A DNA stretch of 64,000 bases from an uncultured bacterium (GCA_937900255.1 CALCDZ010000002.1:9655-73654); one strand, 5' to 3'; positions 10,623 to 19,360 are shown, numbered from the stretch's first letter. Numbers and translations: made by a program. Notes: generated from the sequence alone by a model not told the origin.

Positions 10623-10907
10623 CTAGTGGCAGACGCTTCCGCTCCGATCCCGGAGCGGCGGCGCGTGAGCACGGATGAACTCCATGATCCCGTCCTGGTA
10701 GTCTCCGAGCAACCGCGCCAAGCGGGTCAGGTCATCGCTCCCGCGCTCGCGCTCGACGTCGATGCAGAAGACCACGTCGAGATGGTCCGGCGTGGGGCGG
10801 TGGACGCGGATCTCCGCGTAGAGGCGCCTGTCGCCGCCGTAGCCGTACTCGAGCCACACGGGGTGCACCCGGTCCGGGAACCGGTCGGTGACGTCCATGG
10901 ACTTCAC
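10623..10907 (-). CDS. Small hypothetical protein between uvrA and uvrC
   Basis: 94 aa. Protein-like composition and very high GC3 on the minus strand. The overlapping + ORF 10590..11051 looks like antisense of GC-rich coding. Sits in a 455-bp uvrA-uvrC gap. Confidence 0.45.
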   Translation of the reverse strand: MKSMDVTDRFPDRVHPVWLEYGYGGDRRLYAEIRVHRPTPDHLDVVFCIDVERERGSDDLTRLARLLGDYQDGIMEFIRAHAPPLRDRSGSVCH

Positions 10908-11047
10908 GACCCGCGGGTGGCCGCTGGGGATACGGTTATCCCGGTGGAAAAAGGACGCACCTTGGCGATTTTGGACGATTTCCGGTACTGCCTGCTCCTT
11001 GGTGGTACTGCACTTTTCTACCCCGAATCGGGTACGATGTCAATAGC

Positions 11048-12343
11048 ATGAACCTGCCGCAGACGGTCAAACTGAAGGAACCGGAAATCCCCGAAAGCCC
11101 GGGCGTCTATTACATGAAGGACGCTGAGGGGAAGGTTTTGTACGTGGGAAAGGCGGTTTCACTGGCACGGCGCATCCCGCAGTACTGGCAGCGCCCGCAC
11201 GGCGAGCACATCGAACGGATGGTGCCGTCGATCGCCGCCATCGACTGGCAGGTGGTGCCGACGGCCATCGAGGCGCTGATCCTGGAAGCCAACGAGATCC
11301 GTCGGCTGAAGCCGCCGGTCAACGTCATCGGCAAGGACGATTCGAGCTTCATGCACCTGGCCATCACCGCCGAGGAGTTCCCGAGGCCGGTGCTGATCCG
11401 CGGGCATGAGCTGGAAGCGACGCCGAAGAAGAAGTTCAAGCGCGTCTTCGGCCCCTATACCTCGACGGGGTCGATCCGCGCCGCGCTGGAGCTGACGCGC
11501 AAGCTCTTCCATTGGTCGGATTGCGCGCCTGGACAGAAGCGCCCGTGTTTCTACTATCACATCAAGCTCTGCCCCGGCGTCTGCACCGGCGCGATCCCGA
11601 AGCGGGAATACGCCAAGAACATCCGGCGCCTGATGCTGTTTTTCGAAGGGAAGAAGGCGCAGATCCTGAAGGAGACGGAGCGGCAGATGAAGGCCGCCGC
11701 CAAGGCGGAGAATTTCGAGGAGGCTGCCAAGATGCGCAACCTGATGTTCGCGTTGACGCACATCCAGGACGTCTCGGTCATCAAGCGCGAGGACGAACCG
11801 CGCGAGGCCCGCGCGGGCGGCATCGACGTCTTCGGCCGGATCGAGGCGTACGACATCTCCAATATCATGGGCCAGCAGCCGGTCGCTTCCGGCGTCGTCT
11901 TCATCGAGGGTCTTCCGCGCAAGAGCCTGTACAAGAAGTTCGCCATCAAGACGGTCAAAGGCGCCAACGACATCGCCATGATGAAGGAAGTCCTCAGCCG
12001 CCGTTTCGCGCGCGGCGGGTCGTCCTTGCCTTCTTCGGAAAAGCGGACGAAGCACGGCGACTGGGACCATCCTGACCTCCTGGTCATCGACGGCGGTCGG
12101 GGACAGGTCAACGCCGCCATGGGAGTCCTGAGGCGCCTGAAGCTCAAGATCCCGACCGTCGGGCTGGCCAAGGGTCCCGACCGCAAGCAGGACGTCCTGA
12201 TCTATGGCGAAAGGACTCCGGAACTCGTCCGCACCGCCGTCCGCTACAAAAAAATCCTCCAGCACGCCCGCGACGAAGCGCACCGGTTCGCCGTCACGTA
12301 TCACCGCAAACGCAGGGCCAAGAAGTTCCTGAGCGGCAAGTAA
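11048..12343 (+). CDS. uvrC: Excinuclease ABC subunit C
   Basis: 431 aa. N-terminal GIY-YIG (GVYYMKDAEGKVLYVGKA), UVR domain, and C-terminal RNaseH-like/HhH region. Confidence 0.9.
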   Translation: MNLPQTVKLKEPEIPESPGVYYMKDAEGKVLYVGKAVSLARRIPQYWQRPHGEHIERMVPSIAAIDWQVVPTAIEALILEANEIRRLKPPVNVIGKDDSSFMHLAITAEEFPRPVLIRGHELEATPKKKFKRVFGPYTSTGSIRAALELTRKLFHWSDCAPGQKRPCFYYHIKLCPGVCTGAIPKREYAKNIRRLMLFFEGKKAQILKETERQMKAAAKAENFEEAAKMRNLMFALTHIQDVSVIKREDEPREARAGGIDVFGRIEAYDISNIMGQQPVASGVVFIEGLPRKSLYKKFAIKTVKGANDIAMMKEVLSRRFARGGSSLPSSEKRTKHGDWDHPDLLVIDGGRGQVNAAMGVLRRLKLKIPTVGLAKGPDRKQDVLIYGERTPELVRTAVRYKKILQHARDEAHRFAVTYHRKRRAKKFLSGK

Positions 12344-12357
12344 AATCCAGCTTGTCC

Positions 12358-12390
12358 AGAATACCCCTACCCGAAGGGTATTTTTTGTTC
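12358..12390 (+). terminator. Rho-independent terminator after uvrC
   Basis: AATACCC-ctacccgaa-GGGTATT followed by TTTTTG. Confidence 0.7.
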
Positions 12391-12418
12391 GCTTATCCAC
12401 AAAGATGGGGTCGAAGTG

Positions 12419-12471
12419 TTGCCTTGTGGTGTAAAATGGGATATAATGGTTCCATCGTGGTGATAAGTGGG
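12419..12471 (+). promoter_or_regulatory. Pmra promoter (TTGCCT-17-TATAAT) with four phased TGG(G/T) MraZ-box-like repeats
   Basis: TTGCCT at 12419-12424 and a 17-nt spacer to TATAAT at 12442-12447. TGG at 12437, 12447, 12458 and 12468, at about 10.5-bp periodicity straddling the -10 element. Confidence 0.65.
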
Positions 12472-12490
12472 GAAAATAAAGGAAAGTGCG

Positions 12491-12922
12491 ATGTTTATTG
12501 GGGAGTATCGGCATTCGATCGACGAGAAGGGTCGCCTCGCGATTCCCGTGAAGTTTCGCGGGGATCTTGAGTCAGGCGCGATCGTCACTCGCGGACTCGA
12601 TGGGTGCCTGTATGTCTACACCTCCTCCGAGTGGCAGAAGTTGGCCGATAAGCTGGCGGCCATGCCGATGAGCCAGTCCAATTCCCGCGCGTTCGCCCGC
12701 CTGATGCTGGCCGGAGCGATGGATGTGGCGATCGACAAGCAGGGGAGGGTCGTCCTGCCGGAGTACCTGCGGGCTTATGCGGGCATCAAGAAGAACCTGG
12801 TGGTGGCGGGACTCTACAACCACCTTGAGCTCTGGGACGAATCCGCTTGGGACGCCTATAAGCGGAAGACCGAAAAGGATTCCGGCGACATCGCCGAGCA
12901 GCTTGGCGCCCTCGGCGTCTAG
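12491..12922 (+). CDS. mraZ: Transcriptional regulator MraZ
   Basis: MFIGEYRHSIDEKGRLAIP, with two DXXXR-like MraZ repeats. RBS AAGGAAAG. Confidence 0.9.
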   Translation: MFIGEYRHSIDEKGRLAIPVKFRGDLESGAIVTRGLDGCLYVYTSSEWQKLADKLAAMPMSQSNSRAFARLMLAGAMDVAIDKQGRVVLPEYLRAYAGIKKNLVVAGLYNHLELWDESAWDAYKRKTEKDSGDIAEQLGALGV

Positions 12923-12924
12923 GT

Positions 12925-13821
12925 ATGGGCGGCCAGCATGTCCCGGTCCTCCTGAAGGAGGTTCTCGCGCATCTTGATCCCAGGCCCGGAGACGACGTCA
13001 TCGACGCGACGCTCGGCGGAGGCGGTCACGCCTCGGCGCTCCTGGAGGCGATCGGCCCGACCGGCCGCCTCCTGGGGATCGAATGGGATGCCCGCACGTT
13101 GGAGGAGACGCGGAAGTCGCTCGGACGGTTCGGTTCCCGTGCCATGCTTGTCCACGGGAATTACCGGAACGTCGAGACGCTTGCGCGGGCGTGCGGGATC
13201 CCGTCGTTTTCCGCGATCCTCATCGACCTGGGCTACTCGTCCTTTCAGATCGACGACGCGCAAAGAGGCTTCTCTTTCCGTCATGACGGTCCGCTCGACA
13301 TGCGTTACGACGCCTCGGGCGACCTGACGGCATACGACATCGTCAACGGCTGGTCCAAGGAAGACCTGATCCGCATCCTCCGCGATTACGGCGAAGAACG
13401 CGCGGCCGGACGCATCGCCGAGGTGATCGTCCGCGACCGCCGTCAGTATGCCATCTCGTCGACGTCCCAGCTGGCCGCCATCGTGGCCTCGGCACTGCCC
13501 GAGCGTTTCCGGGGCGGCAAGCCCAAGATCCACCCCGCCACGCAGGCCTTTCAGGCGATCCGCATCGCCGTGAACGACGAGTTCGGCAATATCGAAGCCG
13601 TCTTGCCCGAGGCGGTGAAGCTGCTCAAGCCAGGCGGTCGCCTGGCCGTCATCAGCTTCCATTCGTTGGAAGACCGGATCATCAAGCGTTTTTTCGGAAG
13701 TTCCGAAGAGCTCACGGCCATGACCTCCAAACCGATCGTGCCGACCGAGGCCGAATCGATCGGCAATCCGAGGTCGCGTTCCGCCAAGCTCCGTGTCGCC
13801 CAAAAGATTTCCCATGGCTAA
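12925..13821 (+). CDS. rsmH: 16S rRNA (cytosine1402-N4)-methyltransferase
   Basis: 298 aa. VDATLGGGGH SAM motif and typical MraW architecture, directly after mraZ. Confidence 0.9.
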   Translation: MGGQHVPVLLKEVLAHLDPRPGDDVIDATLGGGGHASALLEAIGPTGRLLGIEWDARTLEETRKSLGRFGSRAMLVHGNYRNVETLARACGIPSFSAILIDLGYSSFQIDDAQRGFSFRHDGPLDMRYDASGDLTAYDIVNGWSKEDLIRILRDYGEERAAGRIAEVIVRDRRQYAISSTSQLAAIVASALPERFRGGKPKIHPATQAFQAIRIAVNDEFGNIEAVLPEAVKLLKPGGRLAVISFHSLEDRIIKRFFGSSEELTAMTSKPIVPTEAESIGNPRSRSAKLRVAQKISHG

Positions 13822-14155
13822 AAAGTTCCAGACCAGACGTCATCATCGAGCGCCTCGTGCGCGATCTTTCAGGCTGCCGCCCCGTTTCAGCATCGGCATC
13901 CTCGGCACGCTGCTCGTGGCCTCGTTCGCGGGCTACCTGGTGCAGGTCAATGCCGCTTCCTCCAAAGGTTTCCAGATCCGAACCCTGCAAGAAAAAATCT
14001 CCGATCTGAAGCAGCAGGTGGATAAGACCGAGTTGAGGGTCGCGCAGGAGCAGTCCGTGGCCTCCGTCGAGCAGAAGGTGCGTGAGATGGGCATGGTTCC
14101 GACTGACGAAGTGCAGTACGTCTCGTCCGGAGCGTCCGTCGTCGCGCAGCGCTGA
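13814..14155 (+). CDS. ftsL: FtsL-like cell-division protein (single TM + coiled coil)
   Basis: ATG 13814 overlaps the rsmH stop. TM FSIGILGTLLVASFAGYLV followed by a coiled-coil region. In the conserved position after rsmH. Confidence 0.55.
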   Translation: MAKKFQTRRHHRAPRARSFRLPPRFSIGILGTLLVASFAGYLVQVNAASSKGFQIRTLQEKISDLKQQVDKTELRVAQEQSVASVEQKVREMGMVPTDEVQYVSSGASVVAQR

Positions 14156-14160
14156 GATGA

Positions 14161-14193
14161 AAAAAGCCGGAAGCCTATGGCTTCCGGTTTTCG
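14161..14193. terminator. Bidirectional terminator after ftsL / convergent CDP-OH transferase
   Basis: AAAAAGCCGGAAGCC-tat-GGCTTCCGGTTTT. Confidence 0.7.
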
Positions 14194-14963
14194 AGATGCG
14201 CCCTGATCAGGCCGGCTTTCTCCAGGAAGGAGGGGAGACCGAGCTCTTTTTCGAGAGCGCGCACTTGTCGGCGCACGCTCGATCCATGCGCAATGAGCGA
14301 TCCGGCTGCGAGCAGCGTCGCGGCGACGAATAGGGCGAGCGCGGCCCAAGCGGCGGGCGACCAGGCGGCGCGCACGATGAGGCATGCGATGGCACCCGCC
14401 TCGGTATAGACCTTGATCTTGCCGACCGCGTTGGCTGAGGATTTCAACCCCCACGTCAGCCGCACGGCTTCGCGGAGGAACGTGAGCAGCAGGGCGAAGG
14501 CCGCGGCGCAAGCGATCGACCAAGCCGGCAGCAGGCCGTGACCGAGGACGATGATCGCCGGAAAATACCGGAGCTTATCGACGATCGGGTCGAACTTCGT
14601 CCCGAATTCCGTCGGGCCGAGCCGCAACCAGACGCTCCGTCCTTTTCCGGAATCGACCTTTTCCTTCCAACGGCGGAACTGATGCCGGGCCAGCGCGCCG
14701 TCGACGGCGTCGGTGAGCAGGCTGAGAGCGAAACAAGCGCCTCCCAGCGCCGCATTTCCACGCCACCAGGCCGCCAGCATGGGGACGATCAGCAGCGCAC
14801 CGAAGAGCGTCACCAGGTTCGGCGGCAGCCGGGCGAAAGGCCCGCAGCGGTCCAGGGTCCAGTCGGCGCACCGTGCGGCCAGGCTGAACTCCTTCTTCTC
14901 GTACCAACGTTCTTGTTCCCTGACCATTTCCGCACCTCCTGTGGACTGCGGCCGTTCTATCAT
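14175..14963 (-). CDS. CDP-alcohol phosphatidyltransferase family protein
   Basis: Multi-TM. DAVDGALAR...GTKFDPIVDKL matches the D-G-x2-A-R...G-x3-D-x3-D motif. The 5' end may start at internal M13. Confidence 0.75.
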   Translation of the reverse strand: MIERPQSTGGAEMVREQERWYEKKEFSLAARCADWTLDRCGPFARLPPNLVTLFGALLIVPMLAAWWRGNAALGGACFALSLLTDAVDGALARHQFRRWKEKVDSGKGRSVWLRLGPTEFGTKFDPIVDKLRYFPAIIVLGHGLLPAWSIACAAAFALLLTFLREAVRLTWGLKSSANAVGKIKVYTEAGAIACLIVRAAWSPAAWAALALFVAATLLAAGSLIAHGSSVRRQVRALEKELGLPSFLEKAGLIRAHLENRKP

Positions 14964-15042
14964 GTTGGAAGCCCTTCGGCAAGGGTCGCTTGCCTCGCGC
15001 CTTCGCGCAGGATACTCTGGTGACGATCATCGGATCGTGCAT

Positions 15043-16113
15043 ATGGTCCTCAATACCTTCCTTTACGGCTTCTTGGGCGCGCTGGCCATCACGCCGATCG
15101 TGCGTTTTTTCGCGACCAAGGCGGGGATCGTCGACCGCCCTGATGGCGACCGCAAGAAGCACGAGGCGCCCACTCCGTTGCTGGGGGGCGTCGCAGCCTT
15201 CTCCGCCTTCGCGCTCGCCGTCATCCTCTCGCTCCACGGCCTCTTGGGGGGATTCCTCCCGGCCAAGCACGTCTTCGGCATCCTGCTCGGAGGAGTCGTC
15301 CTGGTCGTCGGAGGATTCTTGGACGACCGATACGACCTTCCGCCGCGGTTCCAGATCCTCTTCCCCGTGGTTTCCTCCCTGATCGTCATCGCTTCCGGAA
15401 TCGGCGCTTCCGTCATCACGAATCCTTTCGGCGGAGCGCTCCCGCTCGACCTTTGGCGCCTGCAGGTCCTCACGATTTCCGGCACCCCGTACTTCCTGAC
15501 GTTCCCGGCGGATCTTTTCACGTTCGTCTGGATGATGGGGATGATTTATACGACCAAGCTGCTCGACGGTCTGGATGGCCTGGTCAGCGGCCTCGGCGTC
15601 ATCGGCTTCGCGGTGCTGGCCATCTATAGCCTTTCGCCCCAGGCGGCCGAGCCGGAGCTGGCGCGGTTCGCCATGGCGGCGGCCGGCGCCTTCGGCGGCT
15701 TCTTGTTCTACAACGCCCGCCCGGCGGCGATCTTCCTGGGCGAAGGCGGATCGACCCTGACCGGATACCTGCTCGGCGTGATGGCGATCATGGCCGGCGG
15801 AAAGATCGGCGTCACCCTGATGGTCCTTGCCGTCCCCATCATGGACGTGGCATGGACGATCGCCTGCCGGTTCTTGGGCGGACGTTCGGTCACGCAGGGC
15901 GGGAGCGATCATCTTCACTTCCGACTCGTCCGATGGGGCCTTTCTCCCGGCAAGACCGTCCTGCTTTTTTGGGCGTTCGCCGCAGGCTTCGGCGGCGCCG
16001 GATTGTTCATCGCCGGGTGGCAGAAAACGCTCGCTCTGGCGCTCCTCGGCGCCCTGTACGCCGCTGTCGTATTCATTCTCGGTAAACGTACCCATGGAAA
16101 ATCCGTCCATTGA
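15043..16113 (+). CDS. MraY/WecA-family (GT4) polyprenyl-phosphate N-acetylhexosamine-1-phosphate transferase (WecA/TagO-like)
   Basis: VDRPDGDRKKHEAPTPLLGGVAAF and a multi-TM MraY/WecA fold. Start chosen at MVLNTF. The long N-terminal extension of ORF 14713 is rejected. Candidate promoter TTGCCT-17-TACTCT upstream. Confidence 0.8.
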   Translation: MVLNTFLYGFLGALAITPIVRFFATKAGIVDRPDGDRKKHEAPTPLLGGVAAFSAFALAVILSLHGLLGGFLPAKHVFGILLGGVVLVVGGFLDDRYDLPPRFQILFPVVSSLIVIASGIGASVITNPFGGALPLDLWRLQVLTISGTPYFLTFPADLFTFVWMMGMIYTTKLLDGLDGLVSGLGVIGFAVLAIYSLSPQAAEPELARFAMAAAGAFGGFLFYNARPAAIFLGEGGSTLTGYLLGVMAIMAGGKIGVTLMVLAVPIMDVAWTIACRFLGGRSVTQGGSDHLHFRLVRWGLSPGKTVLLFWAFAAGFGGAGLFIAGWQKTLALALLGALYAAVVFILGKRTHGKSVH

Positions 16114-16588
16114 GAAGAAACCGACGCCGATCATGACGGCCGTCATCGTCCTGGTCCTGCTCGCCGCCGCGGGACTCCGCGTCAAGGACGCGTTCCTGCT
16201 CCGTCGGGTCATCTGGGCACGGATGTCGTTGCACGACGCTTCCTTCGCCGTTGAAGTGGCCGATACCGCCGCCAAGCGGGAGAAGGGGCTCGGAGGGCGC
16301 TCCGGCATCGCCGGCGATCACGGCATGTATTTCCCGTTCCCGGAGGCGCGCGCTTGGGTGTTCTGGATGAAGGGGATGCGTTTCCCGATCGACATCGTCT
16401 GGATCCGGGAGGGCAAAGTCATCGACATCACATCGGATGTCCCGGTCGATCCCGGACTGCCCCTCAAGACCTATAGTCCGGTCGACCCGGCTGATGCGGT
16501 CCTTGAACTGCAGGCGGGAACCGCCCGCCGCATCGGTCTGCAAAGGGGGGATGCGGCCGTCCTGGCCGTCTCTCCGGACGGGAGTTGA
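16094..16588 (+). CDS. DUF192 (COG1430) family protein
   Basis: GMYFPFPEARAWVFWMKGMRFPIDIVWI motif. N-terminal TM. Overlaps the wecA-like 3' end. Confidence 0.65.
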   Translation: MENPSIEKKPTPIMTAVIVLVLLAAAGLRVKDAFLLRRVIWARMSLHDASFAVEVADTAAKREKGLGGRSGIAGDHGMYFPFPEARAWVFWMKGMRFPIDIVWIREGKVIDITSDVPVDPGLPLKTYSPVDPADAVLELQAGTARRIGLQRGDAAVLAVSPDGS

Positions 16589-16613
16589 CGGCATCCCGGG
16601 CCTCTGCTAGAAT
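16585..16613 (+). promoter_or_regulatory. Sigma70-type promoter for rplU (TTGACG-17-TAGAAT)
   Basis: TTGACG at 16585-16590, a 17-nt spacer and TAGAAT at 16608-16613. Confidence 0.55.
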
Positions 16614-16639
16614 ACGGCTACATTCGATAAACCCAGCAT

Positions 16640-16954
16640 ATGTACGCAGTCGTCAAAACCGGCGGAAAACAATACAAGGTCAAGGAGGGCCAGACCCTGA
16701 ACGTCGAGAAGCTCGAAACCCCCGCGGGTACGAGCCTCGATCTCGAGGTCCTGCTGGTCACGGACGAGGAGGGGAAGGATCTCAAGGTCGGCACCCCGAC
16801 CGTCGCCGGCGCCAAAGTTTCGGCCAAGGTGGTCGAGCATGGACGCGCCGCCAAGATCCAGGTCGTGAAGTACAAGCCTAAGAGCCGCTACAAGCGGGTC
16901 AACGGCCACCGCCAGCCTTTCACCAAGCTCCAGATCGAGAAGATCGCCGCCTGA
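16640..16954 (+). CDS. rplU: 50S ribosomal protein L21
   Basis: [20 protein letters not shown], the canonical L21 N-terminus. 104 aa. Confidence 0.9.
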   Translation: MYAVVKTGGKQYKVKEGQTLNVEKLETPAGTSLDLEVLLVTDEEGKDLKVGTPTVAGAKVSAKVVEHGRAAKIQVVKYKPKSRYKRVNGHRQPFTKLQIEKIAA

Positions 16955-16959
16955 CCGGC

Positions 16960-16998
16960 GGATCGACAAAAGCCCCCGACGATCGTCGAGGGCTTTTC
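16960..16998. terminator. Bidirectional terminator between rplU and recR
   Basis: GC-rich palindrome around cgacgatcgtcg, flanked by aaaag / cttttcg. Confidence 0.55.
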
Positions 16999-16999
16999 G

Positions 17000-17608
17000 T
17001 CATCTCAGGTTCATCTCGCGCCGTCCCGTGAGCGCGTCCGAGAGGGTGACCTCGTCGGCATATTCCAGGTCGGCGCCGCGTGGGAGGCCGCGTGCCAGGC
17101 GGCTGACGCGCGGGACGATCGCGCCGTAGCGCCGTGAAAGGTAGTTCATGGTGGCTTCGCCTTCGATGGTCGGATTGACGGCCATGAGCAGCTCGCGCAC
17201 CGTTCCTCCACGGAGACGCGCATCGAGCGCCTCGATGCCGAGCGACTCCGGCGTCACGCCTTCGATGGGCGAGAGCAGCCCTCCCAGCACGAAATACCTG
17301 CCCTTGAACGCCCCGGTGCGCTCGATGGCGGAAAGGCCTTGCTGGTCGGCGACGATGCAGACCTCGTCGGGGTGGCGCGCCGGGTCGCGGCAGATGCGGC
17401 AAGGGTCCGACTCCGAGACGCTCCGGCACTCCGAGCAGGAGGTGATGGCGCGGTCGAGGGCATAGAGCGCGTCGGCCAGCTGGATCGGCGCGCGGCGCCC
17501 GCGCCCGAGCAGATGGAACACGAAACGCTCGGCGGTCTTCTCGCCGATGCCCGGGAGCCGCTTGAACTCCTGGATGAGGTTCTCGATCGATGCCGGAAAA
17601 CGCGGCAT
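17000..17608 (-). CDS. recR: Recombination protein RecR
   Basis: HhH N-terminus, C4 zinc finger (CSECRSVSESDPCRIC), and Toprim region. Confidence 0.9.
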   Translation of the reverse strand: MPRFPASIENLIQEFKRLPGIGEKTAERFVFHLLGRGRRAPIQLADALYALDRAITSCSECRSVSESDPCRICRDPARHPDEVCIVADQQGLSAIERTGAFKGRYFVLGGLLSPIEGVTPESLGIEALDARLRGGTVRELLMAVNPTIEGEATMNYLSRRYGAIVPRVSRLARGLPRGADLEYADEVTLSDALTGRREMNLR

Positions 17609-17609
17609 G

Positions 17610-17909
17610 TCAGCTGAGTCCCGGGAGGTTCAATCCGCCGGTCTTCTTCATCGCCTCCGCCATCGAGCGCTGCGCCTTCTTGACCGTGTCGTTGTAGGCC
17701 TCTTTCACCGCCGCTTCCAGCTTGGCCTTGTCGGACAGCAGTTCCTGATCGATCGAGACCGAGGTGACTTCCTGATTGCCGTTCATCGCGACTTTCACCT
17801 TGCCCCAGCCGCCCGCGCCTTCGACCGTCACGTCCTTGAGCACGTCCTGGATCTTCTTGGCTTGGTCGCGGAGGTCCTTGAATTGCTTGAGTTTCGAGAA
17901 CATCGTCAT
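17610..17909 (-). CDS. ybaB: Nucleoid-associated protein YbaB/EbfC
   Basis: 99 aa. MFSKLKQFKDLRDQAKKIQD, typical of YbaB. 1-nt gap to recR. Confidence 0.85.
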   Translation of the reverse strand: MTMFSKLKQFKDLRDQAKKIQDVLKDVTVEGAGGWGKVKVAMNGNQEVTSVSIDQELLSDKAKLEAAVKEAYNDTVKKAQRSMAEAMKKTGGLNLPGLS

Positions 17910-17917
17910 AGATGGGA

Positions 17918-19360
17918 TTAGGCTTCGATAGGCGCGGCGGCGGAGGCGTCATGCTCCAGGTTCTTGAAGCTGGTGCGGTTCTCGTCGAAGAAGAGCTTGC
18001 AGACGCCGGTCGGGCCGTTGCGGTGCTTGGCGACGTGGATTTCGGCGACGTGCCGTTCTTCCGGCGCCAGGTCTTCCAGGCGGTAGTTGCGGTCGGCGGC
18101 CTTGCGGTAGATGAACATGACCACGTCGGCGTCCTGCTCGATCGACCCCGACTCGCGCAGGTGCGCCAGCTTCGGGACGGCCGGCTTGCTCATCTCGACC
18201 GCGCGGGAGAGCTGGGAGAGGGCCAGGACCGGGACGTTCATCTCGCGTGCCAAGCCCTTGAGGGAGCGGGTGATGGCGGCGACTTCCTGGACGCGGTTCT
18301 CGATCTTGGTCTGCGACTCCATCAGCTGGAGATAGTCGATGACGATGAGTCCCAGCTGCCCATGCTCCTTCTGCAGGCGGCGCACCTTGGTGCGGATCTC
18401 CATGATGTTGACGTTGGCCGAATCGTCGATGAAGATCGGCGCGTCGGAAAGGGTGCCCAGGGCGTGCCCGATGCGCGGGAAGTCGTCGTCGCCCGCCCGG
18501 TCCGACAGACGCCCGGTACGCATCTTCCAGAGGTCGACGTTGGCTTCGGCGCAGATCATGCGGTCCACGAGCTGTTCCTTGGACATTTCCAGGGAGAAGA
18601 TGCCGACCGGCTTCTTGGCGCGCACCGCGATGTTGCGGGCGATATCGAGCGCCAGAGCGGTCTTTCCGCACGCCGGGCGCGCGGCCAGGATCACCAGGTC
18701 GGAGGCCTGGAGGCCTCCCAGCAGGTTATCGAGCGTGCGGTAGCCGGTCGGGACGCCGCGCAGCTTGCCTTTTTCGCGGTGCAGCTCGTCGATGCGGTCG
18801 AAAGCGTCGTTCAGGACGTTGCGGATCGGGACGAAGTTCTGCTTGAGGTGCTTCTGCGAGACGCCGAAGAGGCGTTGTTCGGCCTGGTCGAGCAGGGTGC
18901 CGATGTCCCCGTCGCCGCCGTCGAATCCCATCCGGGAGATTTCTTGGGACGCGCCGATCAGGCGCCGGAGCGTCGCGTCGCGCTGGACGATCTTTGCGTA
19001 ATGGAGCACGTGCGAAGCGGTCGGGACCGTCTCGGCCAATTGGGCCAGATAGGTCTGTCCGCCGCATTTCTCGAGCGCTCCTCCGTCGCCGAGCCGGTCG
19101 GAGAGCGAGATGAGGTCGATCGGTTCGGACTTGGCGTACAGCGCCAGCATGGCGTCGAAAATGGCCGCGTGGCTTTCGCGGTAGAAGTCCTCCGGCGTCA
19201 CCAAATCCGCCACCTTCAAGATGGCTTCCTTGTCGATCAGGATCGAGCCGAGGACGCCGGCCTCGGCTTCGTAGTTATGGGGCGGGACGAACTCAGGTTT
19301 CTTGTCGGCCATGGCTTTGAATCGTGGCCCAATCTTACGCCAAGGGGAAAGGGGCGTCAA
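17918..19360 (-). CDS. dnaB: Replicative DNA helicase DnaB
   Basis: 480 aa. N-terminal DnaB domain. Walker A ARPACGKT and RecA-like motifs (QLSRAVE). Confidence 0.9.
   Translation of the reverse strand: MTPLSPWRKIGPRFKAMADKKPEFVPPHNYEAEAGVLGSILIDKEAILKVADLVTPEDFYRESHAAIFDAMLALYAKSEPIDLISLSDRLGDGGALEKCGGQTYLAQLAETVPTASHVLHYAKIVQRDATLRRLIGASQEISRMGFDGGDGDIGTLLDQAEQRLFGVSQKHLKQNFVPIRNVLNDAFDRIDELHREKGKLRGVPTGYRTLDNLLGGLQASDLVILAARPACGKTALALDIARNIAVRAKKPVGIFSLEMSKEQLVDRMICAEANVDLWKMRTGRLSDRAGDDDFPRIGHALGTLSDAPIFIDDSANVNIMEIRTKVRRLQKEHGQLGLIVIDYLQLMESQTKIENRVQEVAAITRSLKGLAREMNVPVLALSQLSRAVEMSKPAVPKLAHLRESGSIEQDADVVMFIYRKAADRNYRLEDLAPEERHVAEIHVAKHRNGPTGVCKLFFDENRTSFKNLEHDASAAAPIEA

Noticed and set aside
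10590-11051. 153-aa plus-strand ORF in the uvrA-uvrC spacer.
   Set aside because: A/V/R/D/P-rich antisense-like composition. The minus-strand 94-aa ORF in the same interval has far better coding character.
11159-12514. 451-aa minus-strand ORF opposite uvrC. Same class: 14575..16308 (577 aa), 17912..19510, 21669..22748, 22755..23846, 26956..27735, 28077..30221, 31872..33545, 33509..34714, 39310..41085, 46860..47876, 48174..49250, 49335..51314, 54667..56559, 58894..60108.
   Set aside because: Mirror ORFs generated by high GC content. Each overlaps a gene with clear family signatures on the other strand.
14713-15042. 110-aa N-terminal extension of the WecA-like ORF (also 45587..45742 for the GT4 and 40953..41228 for the methyltransferase).
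   Set aside because: The extensions are Arg/Ala/Pro-rich junk overlapping the upstream gene or intergenic promoter. The family-typical N-termini start at the internal Met.
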